Source: Macrostomum lignano (lineage: Eukaryota). Taken from it: a stretch of DNA of 64,000 bases. The stretch's first letter is position 1. Every line of letters starts with the position of its first letter. The position numbers and the translations under genes are program-made. The stretch is taken from contig NIVC01001563.1 in the NCBI GenBank assembly GCA_002269645.1, positions 172,412 to 236,411 on the forward strand, given 5' to 3'. Of this stretch, positions 1-12,453 are shown in pieces. The notes under the pieces are model-generated. The model did not search any database. It saw only the letters and a program-made list of their open reading frames with translations, and had not been told where the DNA came from.

Positions 1-552
1 GCATTCAAGCACCGATTGAAGTACGTCTGGGAATGGTTGATCCAGCGCAGGCACTTGAGAGGCGTGATGCCAAGCTGCCAAGCTCTCCCCAGTCGTCGCC
101 ACTCCTGTACGCTCTCACGATTCGCTCTCGATCCAGCTGACTTATCTTTTGGTACGGCCCACGATTCGCCATCAGAGCAGCTGCTATCTTCAAGCTGGCA
201 AAATAGCTCGCAGTTTTTACCAGGTTGGTTGCCGCTGGCGGTGGCTGTCTATGGAAAATTCTATGTCTATGGTCAGGCTGAGCCGTGGCCAAATTGGTTG
301 CAGTTTTTATCAAATATTCTAATAGGGCCTTTTAATAGAATACATGTAATAAAATTTACTGTTTTAAGAGCGACTGCAATTGAGACCTGAATTTTAATTA
401 ATGCATGGGTTGAATTTTGTTTCAATCATACTCGTATCATTTTGGAGACTTTCACCGGACCAGTAGTTTTGTATATTGTTTTCACAGGGAATGATTTACT
501 TTTTGAAAAATTTACCCAAAAGACCCACAGATTTACTTTGTCTGATTGAGTG
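1..552 (-). mobile_element. 5' end of a degenerate Tc1/mariner (IS630-like) DNA transposon, truncated by the window edge
   Basis: Minus strand encodes MANRGPYQKISQLDRERIVRAYRSGDDWGEL and, after a frameshift, QLGITPLKCLRWI, resembling a transposase N-terminal HTH. Putative terminus TA|CACTCAATCAGA at 554-552 abuts the (TATG)n tract. The other TIR is not in the window. Confidence 0.45.
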
Positions 553-699
553 TATGTATGTATGTATGTATGTATGTATGTATGTATGTATGTATGTATG
601 TATGTATGTATGTATGTATGTATGTATGTATGTATGTATGTATGTATGTATGTATGTATGTATGTATGTATGTATGTATGTATGTATGTATGTATGTAT
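551..699. repeat. (TATG)n microsatellite
   Basis: Perfect tetranucleotide run; explains the YIHT/MYVC ORFs. Confidence 0.98.
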
Positions 700-1683
700 C
701 TATCATCGGTCTCCTCGCGCAGGTGGCACCCCGGAGTTGTCGCGAAGCAAAACACCCTTGAATTATTTTTATCTTCCAAGATAAAAAATAGCTTAGTTAC
801 GCTCGTACTGTTTCAACTACTGTCAGTAGCCAGTATGGTAGTTTCTAAGTTAATAATTGCGATTGCAATAAAGTGATGGTCAAAGCAGAGACAAATATCT
901 GCACAAGAAAATTTTGCATAAATCAACAGTTAATCTACCCCAGCAATTGCTAGCCATCCTGCCAGATGTATTTGGACTTCCAAATCTGAGCAATTCACCA
1001 GCTATAAACACACAGTATTACCAAAACTAGAAAACAACAGCAATTCACGTCATGAAATTTAGGTAGTGCAAAAGCAAAACCGGAGTCTAGACTGCCCCAA
1101 GTTCGATTTGTTTGCGGATAATAAAAAATAAATAATTCAATGCAAAAATGGCGATTGTTCTACTTAATGTAGACAGATGAGGGCATCAGATATAAGTGAA
1201 TAGTATACTTAGGCGTGGAACGCAGAAAACACCTGTCCATAATCTACTAGAAGAGAACAGATAAGCAAGCAATGTGCCAGAGCCTAACAGTGTCATCAAG
1301 CAAAGATATAGAGCACCGTTGCTAACTGGGGAGCTCTATAAAGTTTGAGCACATGACAGCGCTGAGCAGCGAGGCAAAAAAACAAACTGACGAAAACACA
1401 TTTTTTATAATCAAATTTAAAATAAAATAGGTCATTTCTCTCTACTAAACTCCAGTCAGGTGACTGGACAGTTTTGCCAGCCTGAAAAAACAGCTACTTT
1501 TATTGACTAAATGGAAACTAATTCAATATAATATGTTATTACTATCGAAATATACTACATTACTATAGTTGGATTAATTGATGGCAATATTAGAATGGCA
1601 TAATAAAATAATGGCCAAACACAGGAAATACTGATGACGCAGAACCTCTGCCGTCATAGGAAATGGTTTTATAAAAAAAGCTT

Positions 1684-4600
1684 TCAAGCCATCGCGGCCA
1701 GTGCCGAGCGACTGTTCCGCTCGCTGAACTCGTTTTTCAGCAGCTCAAAGGTGGCCACCATGATGGCCGAGGCTGGCACCACCTTCAGCAGGCGGGGCAC
1801 CAGCCCGGCGTACAGGGCCCGATGACCGCCGCGGCTGTGGCCGCTGCTTCCAGTCATCAGCAGGCGCATAGAGTCCACGGTGCCCGGCGTTCTGCGGACT
1901 CCACCAAGGCTGCCGGCAAACTCAACCTGCCTGTGGGTTTTCAACACGTCGAACGGGTGCGTCGTCAGGCCGGCCACTGCGCCCGCGACGCAGCCGAAGG
2001 CCGCCGCCTCTGGCCCGGTGAGGATCGGAGAGGCAGCGGCGGTGGACGAGGTGGAAGCAGTGCGGAGACGGCGGCTCAGCCCCGCTTGCTGCTGAGATTC
2101 ACGGGCCTGAGGTATGGGAACAGTGAAAAACAGTTTGTGAGTTGTGCCAAATAATTCAGCGAGTCAACCAGACAGTGGTGAGTCAGCGTCATAAACTCAG
2201 TGAGTGAACTCAAGATGCCCCTAAGTGACTCAGTGAACTCAAGAAGTCATGGAGTGTTTGACATGGAATGAGTCAGAGTCAAAGTCAACGAGTCAACACG
2301 CGAGTAAACAAGTCAGTCAATGAGTCAGAGAATGAGACGGCAAGTCAGTCAATGAGTCAGAGAATGAGACGGCAAGTCAGTCAATGAGTAAGAGAATGAG
2401 ACGGCAAGTCAGTCAATGAGTAAGAGAATGAGACGGCAAGTCAGTCAATGAGTCAGAGAATGAGACGGCAAGTCAGTCAATGAGTCAGAGAATGAGACGG
2501 CAAGACAGTCAATGAGTCAGAGAATGAGACGGCAAGTCAGTCAATGAGTCAGAGAATGAGACGGCAAGTCAGTCAATAAGTCAGAGAATGAGACGGCAAG
2601 TCAGTCAATGAGTCAGAGAATGAGACAGCAAGTCGGTCAATGAGTCAGAGAATGAGACAGCAAGTCAGTCAATGAGTCAGAGAATGAGACAGCAAGTCGG
2701 TCAATGAGTCAGAGAATGAGACAGCAAGTCGGTCAATGAGTCAGAGAATGAGACGGCAAGTCAGTCAATGAGTCAGAGAATGAGACAGCAAGTCAGTCAA
2801 TGAGTCAGAGAATGAGACAGCAAGTCGGTCAATGAGTCAGAGAATGAGACAGCAAGTCGGTCAATGAGTCAGAGAATGAGACAGCAAGTCGGTCAATGAG
2901 TCAGAGAATGAGACAGCAAGTCGGTCAATGAGTCAGAGAATGAGACAGCAAGTCGGTCAATGAGTCAGAGAATGAGACAGCAAGTCGGTCAATGAGTCAG
3001 AGAATGAGACAGCAAGTCGGTCAATGAGTCAGAGAATGAGACAGCAAGTCGGTCAATGAGTCAGAGAATGAGACAGCAAGTCGGTCAATGAGTCAGAGAA
3101 TGAGACAGCAAGTCGGTCAATGAGTCAGAGAATGAGACGGCAAGTCAGTCAATGAGTCAGAGAATGAGACAGCAAGTCAGTCAATGAGTCAGAGAATGAG
3201 ACAGCAAGTCAGTCAATGAGTCAGAGAATGAGACAGCAAGTCGGTCAATGAGTCAGAGAATGAGACGGCAAGTCAATGAGTCAGAGAATGAGACGGCAAG
3301 TCAGTCAATGAGTCAGAGAATGAGACGGCAAGTCAATGAGTCAGAGAATGAGACGGCAAGTCAGTCAATGAGTCAGAGAATGAGACAGCAAGTCGGTCAA
3401 TGAGTCAGAGAATGAGACGGCAAGTCAATGAGTCAGAGAATGAGACGGCAAGTCAGTCAATGAGTCAGAGAATGAGACAGCAAGTCGGTCAATGAGTCAG
3501 AGAATGAGACAGCAAGTCGGTCAATGAGTCAGAGAATGAGACAGAAAGTCGGTCAATGAGTCAGAGAATGAGACGGCAAGTCAATGAGTCAGAGAATGAG
3601 ACGGCAAGTCAGTCAATGAGTCAGAGAATGAGACGGCAAGTCAATGAGTCAGAGAATGAGACGGCAAGTCAGTCAATGAGTCAGAGAATGAGACAGCAAG
3701 TCGGTCAATGAGTCAGAGAATGAGACGGCAAGTCAATGAGTCAGAGAATGAGACGGCAAGTCAGTCAATGAGTCAGAGAATGAGACGGCAAGTCAATGAG
3801 TCAGAGAATGAGACGGCAAGTCAGTCAATGAGTCAGAGAATGAGACGGCAAGTCGGTCAATGAGTCAGAGAATGAGACGGCAAGTCAATGAGTCAGAGAA
3901 TGAGACGGCAAGTCAGTCAATGAGTCAGAGAATGAGACGGCACGTCAATGAGTCAGAGAATGAGACGGCAAGTCAGTCAATGAGTCAGAGAATGAGACAG
4001 CAAGTCGGTCAATGAGTCAGAGAATGAGACAGCAAGTCGGTCAATGAGTCAGAGAATGAGACAGCAAGTCGGTCAATGAGTCAGAGAATGAGACGGCAAG
4101 TCAATGAGTCAGAGAATGAGACGGCAAGTCAGTCAATGAGTCAGAGAATGAGACGGCAAGTCAATGAGTCAGAGAATGAGACGGCAAGTCAGTCAATGAG
4201 TCAGAGAATGAGACGGCAAGTCGGTCAATGAGTCAGAGAATGAGACGGCAAGTCAATGAGTCAGAGAATGAGACGGCAAGTCAGTCAATGAGTCAGAGAA
4301 TGAGACGGCAAGTCGGTCAATGAGTCAGAGAATGAGACGGCAAGTCAATGAGTCAGAGAATGAGACGGCAAGTCAGTCAATGAGTCAGAGAATGAGACGG
4401 CAAGTCAATGAGTCAGAGAATGAGACGGCAAGTCAGTCAATGAGTCAGAGAATGAGACGGCAAGTCGGTCAATGAGTCAGAGAATGAGACGGCAAGTCAA
4501 TGAGTCAGAGAATGAGACGGCAAGTCAGTCAATGAGTCAGAGAATGAGACGGCACGTCAATGAGTCAGAGAATGAGACAGCAAGTCGGTCAATGAGTCAG

Positions 4601-6639
4601 AGAATGAGACAGCAAGTCGGTCAATGAGTCAGAGAATGAGACAGCAAGTCGGTCAATGAGTCAGAGAATGAGACAGCAAGTCGGTCAATGAGTCAGAGAA
4701 TGAGACAGCAAGTCGGTCAATGAGTCAGAGAATGAGACAGCAAGTCGGTCAATGAGTCAGAGAATGAGACAGCAAGTCGGTCAATGAGTCAGAGAATGAG
4801 ACAGCAAGTCGGTCAATGAGTCAGAGAATGAGACAGCAAGTCGGTCAATGAGTCAGAGAATGAGACGGCAAGTCAGTCAATGAGTCAGAGAATGAGACAG
4901 CAAGTCGGTCAATGAGTCAGAGAATGAGACGGCAAGTCAGTCAATGAGTCAGAGAATGAGACAGCAAGTCGGTCAATGAGTCAGAGAATGAGACAGCAAG
5001 TCGGTCAATGAGTCAGAGAATGAGACAGCAAGTCGGTCAATGAGTCAGAGAATGAGACGGCAAGTCAGTCAATGAGTCAGAGAATGAGACAGCAAGTCAG
5101 TCAATGAGTCAGACAATGAGACGGCAAGTCAGTCAATGAGTCAGAGAATGAGACGGCAAGTCAATGAGTCAGAGAATGAGACGGCAAGTCAGTCAATGAG
5201 TCAGGCTTACCTGAGCCTTGGCAGCCAGCAGCCGGGCCCGCAGGCCGTCATAGGTGAACCAGTAGATGGCAGAGAAGGGCACGTCTCGCATAAGAGTTGG
5301 CGGCAGTCCTCGCCACAGACTGAGCAGGCCAGACCGGCCAACCTCAAGGGAGGCGGCCCGGCCAATAGCGGTCCAGCCGAGGCCTTCGGCCTGCATCTTG
5401 GTGCGGGCCAGCTCCAGCGGGGACAGGCACAGCACGGCCGTAACTCGGGCGGCGCCGGCGGCAAGCGGCGGTACCCAGTCTTTGTTCTTAGAAATTTCGC
5501 CAGATTTGCATAGCAACGACCGATAGTCCATATGCCATTTGAGTAGGTCAAGCGTAGTGAAGTAGATAACAGTGCCGGGCACGGTCAGAGCCAAGCTGGC
5601 TGACAGGCCACGCCACAGGGCTAGCGGGCCCTCCGACCTGGCTATCCTCAGCGCGGCATCCTTGAAATTGGAGTTGAGAGTTAAATAGCTGGTAAGGAAT
5701 TATTGCGGGTAGTATGGGGAATGCGGGAGCTAGGAACCAGAGGACGAATTGCAAACAGGAGAATCCAGGACACGAACTGCAGACAAGATAATGGGGCACA
5801 GGAGGAACCAGAAGACGAACTGCAAACAGGAGAATCCAGGACACGAACTGCAGACAAGATAATGGGTCACAGGAGGAACCAGAGGACGAACTGCAAACAG
5901 GAGAATCCAGGACACGAACTGCAGACAAGATAATGGGTCACAGGAGGAACCAGAGGACGAACTGCAAACAGGAGAATCCAGGACACGAACTGCAGACAAG
6001 ATAATGGGTCACAGGAGGAACCAGAGGACGAACTGCAAACAGGAGAATCCAGGACACGAACTGCAGACAAGATATTGGGGCACAGGAGGAACCAGAGGAC
6101 GAATTGCAAACAGGAGAATCCAGGAAACGAACTGCAGACAAGATAATGGGGCACAGAACCAAGAAGACGACCGTTTTCTTCTGCTACAGAAATCAGAATA
6201 CGAGTAACCAAATCAGCAGAGAGCCGCTCACCCAGCTGCCCTGATAAGCGGAGCTAGTGTTGTATTGATGCCGACAAAAATTAGGCACCATCCGAGTCTC
6301 CCTGGTTGCGCAGGCCGAGGACCGGGCACTGTGGTAGGCATTGACTGCGCACAGCTGCAAATCCATAAGGCCATTGCAGTATAGAAAGCAGCGACTAGCG
6401 GCGGAGCCGGTCACAGCGCCCGGTCTGGTCTGAGCCTGCAGTCGAGTTTTAACAACATCAAATGGCGTCATGGTAACTGCAGTTAGCAGCCCGCCTAGAG
6501 ACGAAGCGGCGATGCGCTGCGGCACCGTCAGGTTGCTGTGCGAGTCGCCCGGCTCTATGAGGGCGTCTGCTTCATGAACAGAGTGGGACAGGTCTGGCGG
6601 CATTCTAGATGTACTTTTATGCAGATCTGTAGGGTGCAT
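1684..6639 (-). CDS. SLC25A39/40: Mitochondrial carrier, SLC25A39/SLC25A40 (glutathione importer) family
   Basis: Exons 6639-6232, 5660-5211, 2091-1684 join in phase 0 at GT-AG sites (GSW|DAALRIARSEG; AKAQ|QQAG), about 421 aa (409 aa if the Met at 6603 is used). Three carrier signatures (PFDVVKTR, PLELARTK, PFDVLKTH), loop motif CFLYCNGLMD, plus MRDVPFSAIYW and PRLLKVVPASAIM. Confidence 0.92.
2311..5204. repeat. 32-bp minisatellite (28-bp variants), about 90 copies, filling intron 2 of the carrier gene
   Basis: Unit aatgagtcagagaatgagacggcaagtcagtc; period 32 (e.g. 2351, 2383). Confidence 0.97.
5725..6160. repeat. 71-bp minisatellite, about 6 copies, in carrier intron 1
   Basis: Unit caggaggaaccagaggacgaactgcaaacaggagaatccaggacacgaactgcagacaagataatgggtca; starts at 5870 and 5941. 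Confidence 0.95.
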
Positions 6640-9600
6640 TTTCTAAGAGTACTTATTGCCAGCAGTAACTGGCAATCTGCACCTGACTAGACACTGGAAG
6701 TAGAAAAACAAGGCGAAAGAAAGTATATGAATGTTGCAAGCTATATCTAGACTTACATGTATAAAGGTGTAATTTTTTTTAAGTCTACAAAGACATGATC
6801 TTGACTAGAATCTCCACAAGATCATTCATACACTAAACTGACTTAGTTTTAGAGATTTCTAATTTCTCAATATTGAAGATTCAAAACTTTGATCATGAAA
6901 TTGGCTTTGCTTAAAACTATTTTTTTTACTTTTGATTGCTAGGAAATCATCAACTTCTATAGAATAAAATTATCCTTTAATTTGCTTCAGAGTTATAGAT
7001 AAAAAAGCAATAATAAACAATGGTTATATGTGTATGTGCAGGTAGATGGCCAGCCATGGTTTTGGTAGCGCATTGTGATAATTGAGTTGCATGACTACTT
7101 GTTTTGAGTCTATTGCATCTACCTATATGAACTAACTGACCATTAAGTCTACCTATCTGACTGATAGTCAGACTTTGTGCCAGAGACAAATATTTCAAGC
7201 CATGTCATTCTATGCCCATTTGCATTGCAATTTTCAAAGATTGCATTCTACCTTTGGCAAAATTACATTCTGCCTTTGGCAAAATATGATTTTTATTAAG
7301 GGAAAATTATATCTTGAAACTAGAACCCAACCTAGATACAATTTAAGGCCTAGTTTTAGAAGATTCAGAAAAAAGATTATTTCATTTTCTTAGCCATGCA
7401 AATAGAAGTGAGGTTCAATAAAACATGTGAAAATGTATATTTAAATAGCATTGGTTTTTTAGAAAATATTAATTAAACAAAATTTCATAGCAAAATTGAA
7501 TTCCGAGGATTAACTTGGCTGCCTTTGCCATATAAATTTTTTTTTTGCTTGCCACTACTTATTTGCAAAATTTCTTTTTAAAAGTCAATAATGAATTAGG
7601 CCTAATAATGAAACTAATTAGCATATATTAGTATTAAATGAAAGGTAACTTTTTATCTTTAAAGATTTATTAAGGTAAATATTAATAAAATATTTAAGAA
7701 ACCCTAAATGGTAGTTTTTTATTCTTTAAAATATAACAAATTGTAAGGTACAACTAATTAGCAATTGTTTTGATTTGCTAGATATTTAGTTTTAAAGCAA
7801 TTATTTGTTCAAGTTTAAGAGATTTTATTCTATTTGGCAATATATTTACCATTGCTAGTTTTTTATACTGAAGCCAAAGGTCCAATTTCAGAATGCAATT
7901 TGTAAATTCAGGATATTATTTACTAATAGGTAATAATATGGCATCCTTATTGCATTAAAAACCTAAAAATCCTAGTATAAGCTATAGTGTTCTGCCATCA
8001 TAATGTTTATGATTATGGTATATAATGGGAGTGGCACTTTTATAGCTATATTTTCATTATGGATTATAGCTATGGCAATTTTTTTAGCTTACAATTACAG
8101 TTAGGCCTACAAATTGTGGCAAATTTCCAGACTTTGTCAATGGTTATCTATAATGAAAATTGTTAGTGTTGAGTATAAAATAAAATAACCCTTTAGCCTA
8201 TATATTATAATTTTCTATATAAAATAGCTTTTTTGTTAGGCCTATATTATGCTATGGCAAGTTATGGTTATAGACATTTTTAGCCCCATAATGATGGGAA
8301 AATTTGGCTATGAAAGTTGCCTATTTCTTATGGCTATGGTTATGGTAATTAAAACTTGCAGTGGCGGAACATTAGTAGGGCAGTAGGCTGGGTTTTTATT
8401 GTTGGTACTTAAGTCTAGGATACAAAATCATATCTAAGGTCTAATTTGATACTATTTTGAAAGTCAAGATGCTATAGCCTATAGTATCCCTATCATACAA
8501 AAAATAAATCTAAATAGCTACACTCACACTCACTGTAAAAAAGAAGACTTGGTCTTTTCAAAGAATATTAGGTCTATTTATTAAAAATTTAATATTAACA
8601 AAAACTTTTAAAATTGCAATATATTGCTAGGGCAGGGCCTACAATTAGACCTAGGCTTAGGCTAGGCCTACTAATATGTGTAAGATTCTATTGCACATAA
8701 ATATGAAGAAGATAGAAGATGCTATGCTAATACTAGAATTACGGACGGTTTACCCACTAATTGTTAAGCCAAGGATAAAATGCTTCTAGCCTACCTAAGC
8801 CTACTTGTATATTAAAAATCTATTTAAATGAGTGAATAAAGTAGCAGACAATACAAAAAGTAAAAAGCATAGGCCCCTGCAGCCTCTATAAAAACGAATT
8901 CACTCACTTATATGGCTGTTATCTGTAAGACAGGTAGACAGGAAGTGGAAGACAGAAGACTGGAAGAACGAGAAACTGGAAGACCAGAAGACTGGATAAG
9001 TCACAAGTGGAGGAACATATTAATTATAAATAAGACATTATCTAAATCTAATTAAGTTTTTATTTAATAGGCCTAGTCTAAAATATAATTTGAAACATAA
9101 TTGAAATATCTAACTATGACGGACGGACAATATTAATGAGCATTGCGATACGGCCCATCCCATCCCAGCATTGCGACAATGAAAAAAAAAAAACTATCGA
9201 TTTTTATTATCTTTATATCTATTTTAAAATTTTAGAAAAATTTTACAAATTAATCAAACCAAAAGAGTAACTTATAACTCCTCCATTTGCTTTATCAAAG
9301 TTTACCTCCTGTCATAAAAACCGTGGAAAACATGGCGCGCAAAAAATCTTGTTTTAAAAGCTAAAAATCCGAAAATTAATCGTTTTGATAGATTCGGCCT
9401 TCTAAAGCCTTTGCTCGAAAGCTTCTCTTCAGGTCTCAAAGTGCAGACACTAATCATTTAGCGCTGTGGCCTCCCACACGTCACTCCTTTTAGATGGTTT
9501 ACATTTTAAGATCTCTATATCGCATAACGCTGAATGGGGTTTTGTTTTGAACAGACAGCTTCGGTCGAATGAAATCCGCGCTAGAAAAGTTTGATTTACT

Positions 9601-10029
9601 TATTTCCTTAGAGCGTACTTAGTACACTGTACAGTCACATACGACAAATATACCGTAGTACATGTATAACGTTCCTTACCCGTGCGGGCCTCCACCAGCT
9701 CGTTCTAAGTAAAACCAAGAGCTGCGTCTTTAAATACTCTAATTCTACTGAAATCTGTCAACTTCAGCAGTTGTACTATATACATTTCAAACTCCCAGAA
9801 AATGCATGTACTTGCTCGCTTTGGCCTGAAATCTGTCAACTCATTGGATCGCGGAAGATAGCTGCTGATACTACGATATAAGCTATAATATCATGGTCGA
9901 GACTTCAAGATCTGACTGACGGATATATTTATAAGTTCTCAACGATTGATTTCAACTTCTGCCTCAAAATCCAGCACATGAAAGCTTGCATGTGATTAAA
10001 ACTATAATACTACCACTTACTACTATACA

Positions 10030-10275
<246 letters not shown>

Positions 10276-10352
10276 AGTACTACTCTACTAAATAGGCAAC
10301 AAGCTGCTAGCTCGTACCAGCTAGGACTACCACCCTATACGCTTTGCTTTTT

Positions 10353-11312
10353 TCAGCTGCTTATTTCCTGCTTAAAACGGCTACTAAAAAGCAAGGAGCG
10401 ACGAAAATTCGGCAAAAAGATAAGAAAAACGACTGGATTTACTGCCAAGTTCATGCTGCTCGAAAAAGGAAACAGCGTCATTGCCGTGAAGTTAGGCTCC
10501 ATTACTACGTAGCCAGTGATGTACAGGACTCCGAGAAGGGTCTTTGGAGCGAGCAGAATCACAAACAGACCGGATGTGACTCCTATGATGATGGTGAGTC
10601 GCTTGGCAGCCGCACTGGCAGCCTTGTTCGCCTCCTGCTGTCCGCTCTGAGCAGACGAGCGCCGCATTGAAACCAGAATGACAGAGTAGAGCGACAGCAT
10701 TGCGACAAACGGCAGAGCCCACACCAGCAGAGCGTACAGCAGCTCGAGCAGCAGATCAGCCAGTCGGGGAAGGCCGAACGGAGTGCACATGGAGACCAGC
10801 AGCCGAGTCCCGTTGACGCCCGGCACTTCCAGCTTTGCAGGCCGATGCTTCAGAGCAGTGTGCGGCAACTTGGCCAGGAACGGCGCTATCGTCACTGCGG
10901 TGAAGCTCGCGGCCAAAATGCGCTTTCCGTTGCGCTTGTACCAGAACGGCAGCGTCAGGCACAAGCAGCGCTCCACCGACAGCGCCACCAGGTTGTACAC
11001 GCTCATCACCAGCACAGTGTAGTAGGCGAGGTGGCCGAACACCACAGAGCAGTACAGGTCCCACTCGATTGAGCTGGCCGATGCGGAGGGGAAATCGAAC
11101 AGCACGTACTGGTGACTCAGCACGTCCACAATGAGCACGAGAGTGTCGAGCACGCACTGAACTCTGAGCATGACGGTGCTGAGCCGAGTGCCGACCTTGA
11201 ATCTGATGGTGAAGGCCAGCAGCAGGAGGTTCAGGGCCGCGCCGACCGCCTCGCAGACCGTCTGCACCGTCTTGAACAGGCCAATATCCGGAACTACAGC
11301 CCCTGTGTTCAT
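10353..11312 (-). CDS. Intronless orphan class A (rhodopsin-like) 7TM GPCR, copy A (319 aa from the ATG at 11312)
   Basis: Seven hydrophobic segments; TM1 GxxLN, TM2 LD, TM3 Cys and LSVERC (DRY-like), ECL2 Cys, TM7 NPVVF (NPxxY-like). Confidence 0.88.
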   Translation of the reverse strand: MNTGAVVPDIGLFKTVQTVCEAVGAALNLLLLAFTIRFKVGTRLSTVMLRVQCVLDTLVLIVDVLSHQYVLFDFPSASASSIEWDLYCSVVFGHLAYYTVLVMSVYNLVALSVERCLCLTLPFWYKRNGKRILAASFTAVTIAPFLAKLPHTALKHRPAKLEVPGVNGTRLLVSMCTPFGLPRLADLLLELLYALLVWALPFVAMLSLYSVILVSMRRSSAQSGQQEANKAASAAAKRLTIIIGVTSGLFVILLAPKTLLGVLYITGYVVMEPNFTAMTLFPFSSSMNLAVNPVVFLIFLPNFRRSLLFSSRFKQEISS

Positions 11313-12453
11313 TTCTCTGACTTCAGACTTACAACTTCGTAAACTTCTGTCCGTGACTTCATGACAGCCGTTTGCGCGGCGGCATGTGTTGCCTATTATA
11401 TACAAAATGACGAGAGCTCATCAGCAAGGCGTACAATGCTTTGTTAGAACAGAACGGAGTCAGAGAGATGAAAAGCTAATATGAGTTTTCCCCAAGTTTA
11501 TGGAGCTTATCCCATCAGTTACGGATTATAGATAGATAAAGTTCACATTGTCAGGTGGTTTAACAGATATTTGTTAAGCCCTAGTTAGCTTCCAGTCACT
11601 CTGTTGGAACAATCAGTCAGTCACGTGTGTTGAGTTGTCTAACTGCCCTTGAATATATTTGAAATTGTCTTCGTTTATTGCTTCAGTTAAGTTAATTAGA
11701 TCTTACGAGCGTACTGTAGAGTATAAAAGTGTAATGGCCTTTAAACTACGAGTATTATGGTCGTCTGAAGATTAACAGTATTCGAATATTTTATTCATTA
11801 GCCAAAATCTTCCATCTTTCCCGGCATCTTTCACTGGGTCCTTCGAGGTGTATACAGTTGTCAAGTTTAACAAATTGGTATTGCCAATGAGCGTACCCAC
11901 AGCAGACTGAATGTATAACAGCTGGTGCCACAACGGCGCTTTTTGCAGAGGTCAAGCCCGAGTATGCTCTCCAGGCGCAACCCCACTATCATAGGGTCTC
12001 AAATTTGCCTTCTTACAATGTTCCATATTTCATATGGCAGACGGGTTCAGCGTCAATGATAATTTTAATTCTTTGAAAACAACGGGAATTGTATTTTCGT
12101 ATAAACAAGCGTACGCAGGAGTCATAATTTCCAAGAAATAAACGCCAAGTGCATTGTTCATTTCATCAGAGTGTTGGTAAAAAGTTTTCGGGTAAACTGA
12201 ATTTCAGTGGTACAGAGAAAAAGTGTACACAAACTATTTTTAGAATTGGTATTACATATTAGTGTACAGAAGTGTACATATACGAAAAGTGACGTTTTAA
12301 AGCTATATACGAGCGTACAGAGTTAATAGAAATCTATTCACGTTTAACTTGTCCGAGGAAAAGCTGCGGTGTTTCTGCTGTGTCTGTTAAAAAATCTGCT
12401 CAGAGAAACTATGAGCGAGTGCTGAGTTTCTCAAAGCAATTTAACACTTTCGA

